A stretch of 42,569 nt of DNA from Candidatus Methanoxibalbensis ujae (lineage in GTDB: Archaea > Halobacteriota > Syntropharchaeia > Alkanophagales > Methanospirareceae), in the NCBI GenBank assembly GCA_026134085.1, contig JAOQIN010000013.1, forward strand, positions 1-42,569, given 5' to 3'. Shown piece after piece: positions 17,260-26,681 of the stretch; position 1 is the first letter of the stretch; each line of letters starts with the position of its first letter. The position numbers and the translations under genes were made by a program. The notes beneath the pieces were generated by a model that saw nothing but the letters and a program-made list of their open reading frames with translations, was not told the origin of the DNA and did not search any database.

Positions 17260-19791
17260 ATGCACAAAAACGGAGCTGTGGGGGATGAAAGCATAGAGGA
17301 TGATGATCTCCTTGCAGGCATAGATGTTGAGACGACAGAGGAAGTTGATGTGCCCAAGATGCTGATTGATCAGGTGATCGGTCAAGACCACGCTGTTGAG
17401 GTCATAAAGAAAGCAGCGAAGCAGCGCAGGCATGTCCTTCTCATAGGAACGCCGGGAACAGGGAAGTCAATGCTCGCGAGGAGCATGGCCGAGCTCCTGC
17501 CGCATGAGGAACTTCAGGACATACTTGTGTATCCAAATCCAGAGGACAAGAACAACCCGAAGATAAGAGTTGTGCCGGCCGGGAAGGGCAAAGAGATCGT
17601 TGAAATGCACCGTATGGAGGCGAGAAAGCGAATTCAAGCGCGCAATTCTTTCATGTTTTTCCTGTTTATAATGCTGCTCGCGATAGGTGTCATACTTGCA
17701 TTCAGATATGACAAGCCAGAATACATATTCTGGGCACTCATCGCAGCACTCGTGCTGTTCCTGCTTGCTCGCTGGTCAATGCCGAAGGAAGAACATCTCA
17801 TACCCAAGCTGCTCGTTTCAAACGCCGGAAAGGAGACCGCTCCTTTCGTTGATGCGACAGGTGCCCACTCAGGTGCTCTCCTTGGAGATGTTCGTCATGA
17901 CCCCTATCAGTGCATCATAGGCTCCATGAGAATTCAAACGGCAGACGGAAGGAAGGTGGAGATAAGCGAGATCGTTGATCCGCTGTTGAAGGGCGATGGT
18001 GAGAGGGAGCTCTCAGATGATGAGGTGTTTGAGGTGCTCGGCGGCTGCGAGCTGGGATTCTGCGTCACGAAAGTGAGGAGGGTTTTCAAGAGATATTTCT
18101 GTGGTGATGTGTTTGAGATAAAGACGGGACAAGGTCACAGGATAATCGTGACGGGTAATCATCCGGTAGCTGTTTTTGACGGAAAACACCTGCGATACAA
18201 ACTCGCTGAGGAACTCAGCACCCATGACATATGCGTTGTGCTGCATTATGCTGATGATTCCCGTGCATTTCAGCGTCATTTCAGGAGTTTCATGGATTTC
18301 AGGAGTTTCATGAGGTCTCTCTCCTCTGCTGTTCTGTTTCAGGCGGATGAAGGAGAGGCGGCAGCGCATGCTGTTGTGGGCGGATATGAGTATGATGAGA
18401 TAACAAGTGTGAGGCGTGTTCATTATGAGGGTTATGTCTACAATCTCACGACAGAGACGGGCAACTACATTGTTGAGAACATATTGACCCACAATTCGGG
18501 CGGATTGGAGACTCCCGCGCACGAGCGAGTTGAGGCAGGTGCGATACACAAGGCGCACAAGGGCGTGCTCTTCATAGATGAAGTCAACATGCTTCGCCCT
18601 GAGATGCAGCAGGCTCTTCTCACAGCGATGCAGGAGAAGGAGTTCCCGATAACCGGACAATCAGAGAGAAGTGCGGGCGCAATGGTGAAAACAGACCCTG
18701 TGCCGTGCGATTTCATAATGGTCGCCGCCGGAAATCTCGATGCAGTCACGGGAATGCATCCCGCACTCCGCTCTCGCATAAAAGGCTACGGCTACGAGAT
18801 ATACATGCATGACACGATGGAAGACACCCTTGAAAACCGCAGAAAGCTTGTGAGATTCATCGCGCAGGAGGTGAAGAGAGACGGTAAAATACCTCACTTT
18901 GACCGCTCAGGCATCCGTGAAATACTGAGAGAGGCGAGGAGAAGAACAGGGAGAAGAGGACATCTCACACTCATACTCCGTGATCTCGGTGGTCTCGTTC
19001 GCGTTGCGGGCGACATCGCACGTGCTGAAAACGCAAAATATGTCACGGCGGAGCATGTCATCCGTGCGAAGGAAATGGCACGCAGCATTGAACAGCAGGT
19101 GGCTGATGAATTCCTTGAGAAAAAGAGGGAATACAAGCTCTTCAGAACAGAAGGATACGAGATTGGGCGCGTGAACGGTCTTGCAATAGTCGGTGATTCG
19201 GGCATCGTGCTCCCCATAATCGCTGAAGTTACACCTGCACAGTCAAAAAATGAAGGAAAAGTTATCGCAACAGGCAGACTTCAGGAAATAGCGAGAGAAG
19301 CAGTTCAAAATGTCAGCGCAGTTTTTAAAAAACTGACGGGAAAAAATCTATCCAACAGGGACATCCATATTCAGTTCATAGGCACATATGAGGGAATAGA
19401 AGGAGATTCAGCAAGCATATCAATCGCAACCGCTGTCATCTCAGCAATTGAGAACATCCCGGTTGATCAGAGTGTCGCGATGACAGGATCGCTCTCAGTG
19501 CGGGGAGATGTGCTCCCTGTGGGAGGAGTTACACAGAAAATAGAGGCGGCAGCACAAGCTGGAATTAAAAAGGTGCTCATACCTCAGGCAAATATAAAAG
19601 ATGTGCTCATAGAAGACAGATATAAAGACAAAATTGAGATTGTTCCGGTCTCAACAATAGAGGATGTGCTTGAGCTCTCTCTCGTGGGAAGGAAAAAGAA
19701 GAAGTTCATTGACAGAGTGAGAAGTGCAACTGCCGAGGTCGCTCAGATATTGGATGGTGTTGTTGAAAAAACTGTCAAAAACGGCGCCTGA
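17260..19791 (+). CDS. lonB: Membrane-anchored ATP-dependent protease LonB (intein-containing precursor)
   Basis: DQVIGQDHAV, Walker A GTPGTGKS, two TM helices, Walker B LFIDE, catalytic GDSAS and KIEAA. The true start may be GTG at 17278. Confidence 0.95.
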   Translation: MHKNGAVGDESIEDDDLLAGIDVETTEEVDVPKMLIDQVIGQDHAVEVIKKAAKQRRHVLLIGTPGTGKSMLARSMAELLPHEELQDILVYPNPEDKNNPKIRVVPAGKGKEIVEMHRMEARKRIQARNSFMFFLFIMLLAIGVILAFRYDKPEYIFWALIAALVLFLLARWSMPKEEHLIPKLLVSNAGKETAPFVDATGAHSGALLGDVRHDPYQCIIGSMRIQTADGRKVEISEIVDPLLKGDGERELSDDEVFEVLGGCELGFCVTKVRRVFKRYFCGDVFEIKTGQGHRIIVTGNHPVAVFDGKHLRYKLAEELSTHDICVVLHYADDSRAFQRHFRSFMDFRSFMRSLSSAVLFQADEGEAAAHAVVGGYEYDEITSVRRVHYEGYVYNLTTETGNYIVENILTHNSGGLETPAHERVEAGAIHKAHKGVLFIDEVNMLRPEMQQALLTAMQEKEFPITGQSERSAGAMVKTDPVPCDFIMVAAGNLDAVTGMHPALRSRIKGYGYEIYMHDTMEDTLENRRKLVRFIAQEVKRDGKIPHFDRSGIREILREARRRTGRRGHLTLILRDLGGLVRVAGDIARAENAKYVTAEHVIRAKEMARSIEQQVADEFLEKKREYKLFRTEGYEIGRVNGLAIVGDSGIVLPIIAEVTPAQSKNEGKVIATGRLQEIAREAVQNVSAVFKKLTGKNLSNRDIHIQFIGTYEGIEGDSASISIATAVISAIENIPVDQSVAMTGSLSVRGDVLPVGGVTQKIEAAAQAGIKKVLIPQANIKDVLIEDRYKDKIEIVPVSTIEDVLELSLVGRKKKKFIDRVRSATAEVAQILDGVVEKTVKNGA
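17911..18495 (+). mobile_element. Mini-intein (195 aa, no homing endonuclease) in LonB
   Basis: Inserted at VRHDPYQ|C...THN|SGGL. Has Cys1, block B VTGNHPV, block F VYNLT, C-terminal His-Asn and +1 Ser. No LAGLIDADG motifs seen. Confidence 0.93.
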
Positions 19792-19825
19792 AGCTCCCAT
19801 GCATTGTCATGCTCACATCTGGAGT

Positions 19826-20257
19826 TCAACGACGCTGCCTCTGTTTCAGCGACTCCTCCATGACGCACACATCGTGCAGAACGAGCATGCCGTTATCCTC
19901 GCAGAACTTTATTGCAGATGCACTCTCCGAGCCGGGCTGCATCCATATGCGATTTATGCCGAGCTCATGTGCTTCTCTCACAATGATCTCTGTCACATCA
20001 GGAGGCACAACAATATCAACCACATCCGGCTTCTCAGGCAGCTCGCTCAGCGACGCATAACACCGCTCACCTTCTATCTCATCATATTTCGGATTGACAG
20101 GATAGACCTTGTATCCGGCATCTTTCAAAATCCTGAATATCCTGTAACCGTATTTCTCCTTCTTGCGAGTTGCTCCAACAATCGCAAAAACTCTCCTGCT
20201 GAGAAAATCTTCAATTAACTGCTCACTCGTATCAATCCGCCGCACAGAGGCACACAT
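19826..20257 (-). CDS. CoA-binding protein (YccU-like)
   Basis: AIVGAT...KYG, VYPVNP, PDVVDIVVPP, WMQPG and CVM motifs. Confidence 0.9.
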   Translation of the reverse strand: MCASVRRIDTSEQLIEDFLSRRVFAIVGATRKKEKYGYRIFRILKDAGYKVYPVNPKYDEIEGERCYASLSELPEKPDVVDIVVPPDVTEIIVREAHELGINRIWMQPGSESASAIKFCEDNGMLVLHDVCVMEESLKQRQRR

Positions 20258-20464
20258 ATATCATCACACTTCCATCGCTCAGCAAGCACACTCACAGGTT
20301 TTGCCTTCGCTTATATGTCGCGGCTCGGCAAAAGAGATTATTGTTTATTTATTCTATTATGTTATAACGGCGTATATATATAACGGCGTATCCTGCTCTG
20401 GAGCTGGGCTCTGTGAGGCTCTGTGCTCTCAGCACATGGCTTTCCGTCAGCAACCGTGATGAGG

Positions 20465-21313
20465 ATGATGGCGATTAGGGCACACACCAAAAGCAACCTC
20501 CTCAATCGAGGAAAGAAGAGAGTATGCATACTGCGTATAGAGGGAACAAACTGTGAATGGGAGACCTTCCTGTGCTTCAGAGAGCTCGGAGCGCATGCTG
20601 AGATAGTCCATCTCAAACAGCTGACGGGCGGGCATAGGATCAGGAGGGAGCTTGAAACATATGACATACTTGTCATACCGGGCGGATTTTCAGCAGGCGA
20701 TTATGTGCGTGCGGGTGCGATATTTGCAGCGAGATTAAGGGCTATATGGCGTGATCTGACAAGATTCGTAGATGATGGGAAACCTGTTTTGGGCATTTGC
20801 AATGGATTTCAGGTGCTTGTTGAGCTTGGATTACTGCCTGGATGGGAGGATAAAAAGCAAGTTGCCCTTACAATAAACGATTCTGCGCATTTTGAATGCC
20901 GTTACACAATTTTAAAGCATGAAAACAGAGGTAAATGTGTTTTCACACGTGGAATTGAGAGGGGAGCACTGCTTAAAATGCCTTGCGCACATGCAGAGGG
21001 GAAATTCTTCGTGGAGCCGCATGTGCGGGAGCGCTTCATAAGCATGCTTGAGGAGAAAGACCAGATCGTTTTCAGATACGCGGACAGGCATGGAGACACA
21101 GGCGCCGGATATCCCTGGAATCCGAACGGTTCAATATCAAACATCGCCGCAATATGCAATCCTGAAGGAAATGTGATGGGCATGATGCCACATCCCGAGC
21201 GCGCATTCTTCGCATTCACAGACCCTGAGTGGGCAAGAAATCGCGTGATTTCTGATGAGGCGACAAGCGAATACGGAGATGGAAAACTCATATTTGAGCG
21301 CGTTTTATTGTGA
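20465..21313 (+). CDS. purQ: Phosphoribosylformylglycinamidine synthase subunit PurQ
   Basis: EGTNCE, PGGFSAGD, LGICNGFQ, AHAEG, NPNGS and MMPHPER motifs. Start is uncertain (20459-20468). Confidence 0.95.
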   Translation: MMAIRAHTKSNLLNRGKKRVCILRIEGTNCEWETFLCFRELGAHAEIVHLKQLTGGHRIRRELETYDILVIPGGFSAGDYVRAGAIFAARLRAIWRDLTRFVDDGKPVLGICNGFQVLVELGLLPGWEDKKQVALTINDSAHFECRYTILKHENRGKCVFTRGIERGALLKMPCAHAEGKFFVEPHVRERFISMLEEKDQIVFRYADRHGDTGAGYPWNPNGSISNIAAICNPEGNVMGMMPHPERAFFAFTDPEWARNRVISDEATSEYGDGKLIFERVLL

Positions 21314-21329
21314 CACTCCAATTACCCGA

Positions 21330-21751
21330 TTATCATATTGCTTTAACCAGCACAATTATGGCGAGCATTTGAGCTCACAATTACAGCGGGGAGAAACATT
21401 ATATTGCCGCGAAAACACAATAGCTCCTGCAATTGCTGTAAAAACAGTCGCAAACAGTGATGTGGCTATTTCGTCAATTTAATAAAGGAAATGAACCAAC
21501 CTCCACTACCTCCACGTAGAATTGTCATGAGAATTTTTGCACTTGGATTAATCTTTTGAGCTGTTTGTGGAAAGATTCCACAATAAATCCCCAATGGACG
21601 ACAACAAAAATAATTGCTAAAATGTTGAAGTCCTGTTAAAAATGCCCCTGTATCGCCGGTTACTACATATCAATTTCCCATATTCTGTGACTTGCAGCGC
21701 CAGTAAATCCGGCAAAAAGACTATGAAAAGATCGGCATCTGTCGGTTCCAT
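21330..21751 (-). pseudogene. Heavily decayed membrane-protein remnant, possibly TauE/SafE (TSUP) family
   Basis: Fragments FAGFTGAAS, ILRGGSGGWFISF and IATSLFATVFTAIAGAIVF occur in shifting frames with stops. Family inferred from the GG.GG and ATSL...FTA..GA patterns. Confidence 0.35.
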
Positions 21752-22584
21752 TTTATCCCTCTCATCATATTTTGTCCCTGATTTCTGCTGATAGCTATAT
21801 TCTCATATAAGTTTCGGCGAATGCACTTCAGCCATACTTCAGCCATAATTCTCAGACGCAGCCGCACCGATGCTTTTTCTATGATTTGAGATGCTGCTAT
21901 TATTGTTTGGTCAGTAACATACGAAAGAACTTTTTCCGTATGTGTGTATCAGGTGGTATTTTGATTTCTTTTTTCTTCAAATGAGTGCGCAGAATGTCCA
22001 AAAGCATCAGATAGTTCAGAGGAACTGCTGATGTCTTCTTCCATATGATTTATGAAATACTCATTTTGCCGGGTATCTATTTTTTTCTCTTTGCATGAAG
22101 CAGCACCGCCTTAGCGATTTTGTAAACTTTTGAAGATCTTTCAGCCACTCCCTGTATCTCTCTTCAGATTGACTATCATCAAAAATCTGCTTTCCCCGTC
22201 CAAGAGGTGAGTCAAGTGAGGTGGATATTATGAGCAACCATCAAATTTGAGGCGATCTTCATTTTCTTTCCCTTCTCATATGCCCTTTCGCCTGATCCGG
22301 GGATATACGACATTGCGACCGAAGTGATCACTGTCCCGAAGCAAGCCCATCCTCCTGTTGTCCGGGTGCGATGGCAACGAAGCGAGCGTTGGAGAGCGGA
22401 GAGTCGCCCGAAGCCCCCCTGCCTCCCTCAAGCCTTTCAATTTCCTTTTTTATTTCCTACTTCAGGATTCTCTTTTTACCTTTTTAATCGAAAAAACCAA
22501 AGTTCTCTTCAAATTTTTTGTATGTCCCTGAACCATTCCTTTCATCTATACTGGTATTTGTTCATATGTTACGGGTTTTATTTG

Positions 22585-22634
22585 CAAACCGATTATCTCT
22601 ATTAACAAACCGATTATCTCCATTAAATATAAAA
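22585..22634 (+). promoter_or_regulatory. 21-bp tandem direct repeat (caaaccgattatctcYattaa x2) abutting a TATA-like element (ttaaatataaaa)
   Basis: Repeat copies at 22585-22605 and 22606-22626 with one mismatch. The regulatory role is inferred. Confidence 0.5.
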
Positions 22635-22955
22635 GCAAAAGTCCATCTTTGTTGTAATGCGGGCATCATGGGTGAAATTATGGTGCGCAGAAGAAGCGGT
22701 TTGGGATTGACGCTGATTGAAAAGGGCTCGCAGGCACCTCAGCGCAGACTCAGGTCAACAAACTGCTTTGAGACGCCTTTTAGCTGGGAGATCAGAAGAT
22801 ACTCTTACAGGGCAGTTTTGTAAAGAATTACAGCAGAGAAGAGTAGTTATGTTACTGAGGCAAAACAAGCTCCTGAAGATGAAAAAGATTATTATAAAGA
22901 ATAAAGCATATGGAAAATGGTTTGAGATATTTGGGAGAAATTGACAGGGAGATGA

Positions 22956-24383
22956 GTGAAGATGAGCGATAAAACCGATTTAAATGAGGGCGAGATTATA
23001 GACTACCTTTACAAAGTGATGGACAACAGATTTGTGAGCTTCATCCTGAAAGAGATGACTGAAGTGAAAAAACTGGAGAGGGCATTTGGCATATATGCAG
23101 GTGTTATAAAGCCAAAAGGTGTTAGGGAAAAACTGCACGCGAAAATTGTGGGAGAGGCTCTTGAAAAAGGAGCTGAAAAATTTGGCGCAAGCCCAGATAT
23201 GATTAAAAATTTTCTCAAGGATCCCTATATGCGGAAGGGTTTTGCAGTGGTAATAAGGAGTATTGCAGAATATGGCATCACAAAGCCTCAGAGACTGATT
23301 GCCCCTTTCATGGTTGTATGGGATTTCACAAAACAATGCAATCTCAAATGCAGGCACTGCTATGCCGATGTGACATCGTATCCGGCGCCAGATGAGTTGA
23401 CTCTGAAGGAAAAATCGAATGTTGTTGATCAACTTGATGAGGCTGGAGTTGCTGCAATATCCTTCTCAGGAGGTGAACCTCTGATAAACAGAGACTTCTG
23501 GGAGGTTGCTGAGTATGCCGCCTCAAAAGGTTTTTACATTTCAGTTGCAACAAATGGGACATTGATTTCGGAGAAAGTTGCAAAAAGGATGAAAGAAGTT
23601 GGAATAAGATATGTGGAAATAAGTTTAGATGGGCCGAATGCTGAAATTCATGACGAATTTAGAGGCGTTAAGGGGGCATTCAATGCCACCATCAGGGGGA
23701 TAAAAAACGCTAAGGCTGCCGGCTTGGATGTGGGCATCGCCACCACCGCAACGCATGAAAATTCGGATTCTATTCCTGAAATATTGAAGCTTGCCAGAGA
23801 GTTAAAGGTGGATAGAGTTATAGTTTTTGATTTCATACCAACAGGACGGGGAAAAGAGATAGTTTATGAAGATCTCACCCCTGTGGAGAGGGAAAAACTT
23901 ATGAAATACCTGTACGGAGAATGGCAAAAAGGTGACATGCAAATTTTCTCCACCTGTCCTGCATATGCAAGAATATCCATAACCGCGATGGATAAGGGTA
24001 CTGGCGAGAAGGTCTCGCCCACGCATTTTGCTGAAATGGAGATACCAGAGGAATTTGGTGGCGCTGCCAAAGCCCTAACGGAATTCATAGGAGGATGTGG
24101 AGCAGGTCGCATATACTGCTCAATAGAGCATAATGGCGATATACAGCCCTGTGTGTTCATGCCGATTAAAGTGGGCGATGTCATAAAAGACGGATTTGTG
24201 AATGTGTGGAAGAACAGCGAGGTTTTAAGTAAGCTCAGGGATAGAGATGCTGAAAATTATGCATGCCATACCTGCCAGTTCAGATATGTGTGTGGAGGAT
24301 GCAGAGCGAGGGCGTACGCATATTATGGCGATATCCTTGCTCCTGATCCCGGATGCATAATAATGGAGAAGGAGAGGGATTGA
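22956..24383 (+). CDS. Radical SAM/SPASM enzyme with N-terminal extension (candidate GMGT-synthase Gms-like)
   Basis: CNLKCRHC, SGGEP, ATNG and SLDG motifs. SPASM domain: GCGAG...C...PC...CHTC..RYVCGGCRARAY...DPGC. Confidence 0.85.
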   Translation: MKMSDKTDLNEGEIIDYLYKVMDNRFVSFILKEMTEVKKLERAFGIYAGVIKPKGVREKLHAKIVGEALEKGAEKFGASPDMIKNFLKDPYMRKGFAVVIRSIAEYGITKPQRLIAPFMVVWDFTKQCNLKCRHCYADVTSYPAPDELTLKEKSNVVDQLDEAGVAAISFSGGEPLINRDFWEVAEYAASKGFYISVATNGTLISEKVAKRMKEVGIRYVEISLDGPNAEIHDEFRGVKGAFNATIRGIKNAKAAGLDVGIATTATHENSDSIPEILKLARELKVDRVIVFDFIPTGRGKEIVYEDLTPVEREKLMKYLYGEWQKGDMQIFSTCPAYARISITAMDKGTGEKVSPTHFAEMEIPEEFGGAAKALTEFIGGCGAGRIYCSIEHNGDIQPCVFMPIKVGDVIKDGFVNVWKNSEVLSKLRDRDAENYACHTCQFRYVCGGCRARAYAYYGDILAPDPGCIIMEKERD

Positions 24384-24409
24384 AAAACTTAACCTTTCAA
24401 AGAGGTGAA

Positions 24410-24545
24410 ATGAGAATTCTCTTTCCTCCAACCATCAGTGCGAAACTGTTGTCAACCTCCATCTGGCTTGGCGTATCTTGCTTCGTGATAAACATGATGT
24501 GAAAATTGTTGATTAAATTGTTGATTATCTGGCAGAGCACCTATG
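24410..24545 (+). pseudogene. N-terminal remnant of a cobalamin-binding radical SAM protein
   Basis: GAGGTG ribosome-binding site, then frameshifted MRILF(L)QP...QPPSGLAYLAS...DKHDVKIVD(dup)YLAE. This matches the B12-binding-domain pattern PPLGLAYLA...HEVKIID. Confidence 0.6.
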
Positions 24546-24804
24546 AAAGGGTTGAGATGCAGAACTTCATATGTTTCACATCTCCTCCAATACTTCCTCC
24601 CGCTATAAAGCTGGTTAAAAAGGTTTCCACGATGCCAACTTCAACCTGTGCAATCTCTTTAAAACCGATCGGACCTCCACCACTGCCATCCTGTGCTGAC
24701 AGATGAATGACAGTCTGCCTATGATGAGGAGTTATGCACTATCACAATTATGCGTCATAATACAAGTATGCCCTAATGCCACTGAGAGGTGGTGACGGGC
24801 AGCT

Positions 24805-24836
24805 GCTGCGACGCTGCGACGCTGCAACGCTGCGAC
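24805..24836. repeat. 8-bp tandem repeat (gctgcRac x4)
   Basis: Read directly from the sequence, just upstream of the DsrE-like gene's promoter region. Confidence 0.85.
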
Positions 24837-24888
24837 AGCCATGAAAAAGGGAAAAATATATAAGCCGGAGGGAGCAAGTGTGTGGGTG

Positions 24889-25293
24889 ATGATGCATGAG
24901 ATAACGCATGATATGATAATAATATGCAAGGAAGGGACAGTTAACTCATATATGAGTGGTCTTGTTGTTGCGATAAATGCGAAGAAGAACGGCGAAGATG
25001 TTGCGGTTGTATTCATGCAGGAAGGTCTGATAGCACTTGCGAAGCGGAGATTCAGGTGGCTGCCGATTATTGAGGAAGATGCTGATAAAATAAAGGAGAA
25101 CGCCGACAAAATGGGTGTTCCAGCAGACCCGATTAAGCTTGTTAAGCGTGCGAAAGATGCAGGTGTTCCTCTATACGCATGCTACGCATGGGTCAAGCTC
25201 ACAAAAATTCAGATTCCTGAGGGATTGGAGAAAATTGAGTTGAAAGACCTTGTCAGGGCGATGAGCAGGGCGAAGCAGGTGATCACTCTCTGA
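24889..25293 (+). CDS. DsrE/DsrF-like (DrsE_2) sulfur-relay family protein
   Basis: A.NAKK.G.DVAVVFMQEG and AK.AGV.LYAC motifs. Start placed downstream of the TATA-like aaatatataag (about 24853-24863) and GGGTG. Confidence 0.7.
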   Translation: MMHEITHDMIIICKEGTVNSYMSGLVVAINAKKNGEDVAVVFMQEGLIALAKRRFRWLPIIEEDADKIKENADKMGVPADPIKLVKRAKDAGVPLYACYAWVKLTKIQIPEGLEKIELKDLVRAMSRAKQVITL

Positions 25294-25324
25294 CCACCGG
25301 CGTCCTGTTTCATTTTTCATTTTT

Positions 25325-25924
25325 TCATGGTAATGCTGTGTCGTTCAGGCAGCGAGCGATGTGTTTTTCAACAACATTCAGGACATTTGCTGCGATTGTT
25401 GAGACGTTTTCAGTTGCCGATATTTTTGTCCACGCGCACGGAAACCGCTCATCAATCATCCTCTCATAGAGCTTTTGAACCCTCCTCAAAAATTGCGCAT
25501 TTTCAAATCTGCTGCTGTCTTTCTTTCTGCGAAGCGCCTCATCCACGGGTATATGAAGATAGAACAGCACATCAGGCGTGGGAAGGCTCAACAGACGAAT
25601 GATATCTTTCGCCTTTTCATAACTGAAGGAAGAGGCGCACTGATACGCGATTGTTGATGGATAATACCGATCAACAATAACTATTTGATAGCGAGAGAGA
25701 TCTGCAAGATCTTTCATAATATCGCATAAAAATAAGAGGAACTGTTCCTCAACACTCATTTCACAGCGTTTATGCAGAAATTCATTTATAATTGTGCCAT
25801 ACCTTCCTGATATGTCAGGATAAGAGCGCATAATTACACTGTATTTGCGCTTTATGTTCTCATACAGGATTTTTGACTGAGTGCTCTTGGAAGCGCCGTC
25901 AATCCCCTCAAATACAATCAGCAT
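25325..25924 (-). CDS. tmk: Thymidylate kinase
   Basis: IVFEGIDGASKSTQ, IVDRYYPSTIAYQ, PD..FYL, RFE..FL.RV..LY motifs. Start set at MLIVFE. Confidence 0.85.
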   Translation of the reverse strand: MLIVFEGIDGASKSTQSKILYENIKRKYSVIMRSYPDISGRYGTIINEFLHKRCEMSVEEQFLLFLCDIMKDLADLSRYQIVIVDRYYPSTIAYQCASSFSYEKAKDIIRLLSLPTPDVLFYLHIPVDEALRRKKDSSRFENAQFLRRVQKLYERMIDERFPCAWTKISATENVSTIAANVLNVVEKHIARCLNDTALP

Positions 25925-25991
25925 TCCGCCCTTTATTATTTTCAAATATTTTAAGTTGTTCACAAATTATTTCACGCATCACGATGCACAT

Positions 25992-26675
25992 ATGCAGATG
26001 GAAAAGGGGCAGATGAGCGTTGATTTCATGATTGCGACGACAGTTCTCATATTCGGAATCTCGCTCATAATCACGCAGATACCCATGCTTTTTGCTCCTC
26101 TCCTGACAATCTCAACGGACATTCACGCAGTCGCATACAGAACAAGCATGATTCTTGTCGAGGATGCAGGCATATACTGCGAGAACGGGAGCATCACATC
26201 AGCCTGGGAAGACCCCGAAAAGAACGCCTGGAATTTTTCTCAATATCTGCGGAACAGAAGGAATTACCTCTCAAATGTCCGAAGGATAGGGCTCGCGATG
26301 AACGCACCTGTTTGGTCTTCTCACGAGGATACGGTTCCCAACAACCTTTCCATGAGAAAAATACAGGCTTTGCAGGATTGGTGGGATGACAGTGCAAACA
26401 GAAGCATGCTCTGGGAAAAACTCGGTCTTCTCGTCTCTTACAATGGGGATCCCGTGAATTATTCTTTTAATATCTCTCTCAAAAGCTTCAACAACATGCT
26501 GATTTGGAATCACTCTGCTGGCAAACCGCTACTGCAAATAGGCCATCCCATTCCAACAGGTGCAACGGTGGAGAGAATAGAGCGGATTGTTGCGATTGAC
26601 GATTGCAGAAATCTCGGCATGAGAATAGGAGATAATGAATGCTGTGGGATATTAGAGGTGTGTATCTGGAAATGA
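25992..26675 (+). CDS. Archaeal pilin-like protein with class III signal peptide
   Basis: EKG|QMSVDF followed by a hydrophobic helix; C-terminal IERIV...L.V.IW. Confidence 0.7.
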   Translation: MQMEKGQMSVDFMIATTVLIFGISLIITQIPMLFAPLLTISTDIHAVAYRTSMILVEDAGIYCENGSITSAWEDPEKNAWNFSQYLRNRRNYLSNVRRIGLAMNAPVWSSHEDTVPNNLSMRKIQALQDWWDDSANRSMLWEKLGLLVSYNGDPVNYSFNISLKSFNNMLIWNHSAGKPLLQIGHPIPTGATVERIERIVAIDDCRNLGMRIGDNECCGILEVCIWK

Positions 26676-26681
26676 GAGGAA

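Noticed and set aside
22956..24383. ahbC/ahbD or pqqE assignment
   Set aside because: It has a long N-terminal extension, no heme-biosynthesis or pqq neighbours, no C-terminal CxxCH, and no credible precursor peptide nearby.
24841..24888. ATG at 24841 as the DsrE-like start
   Set aside because: That stretch contains a BRE/TATA-like element (aaaagggaaaaatatataag), so translation more likely starts at 24889 or 24892.
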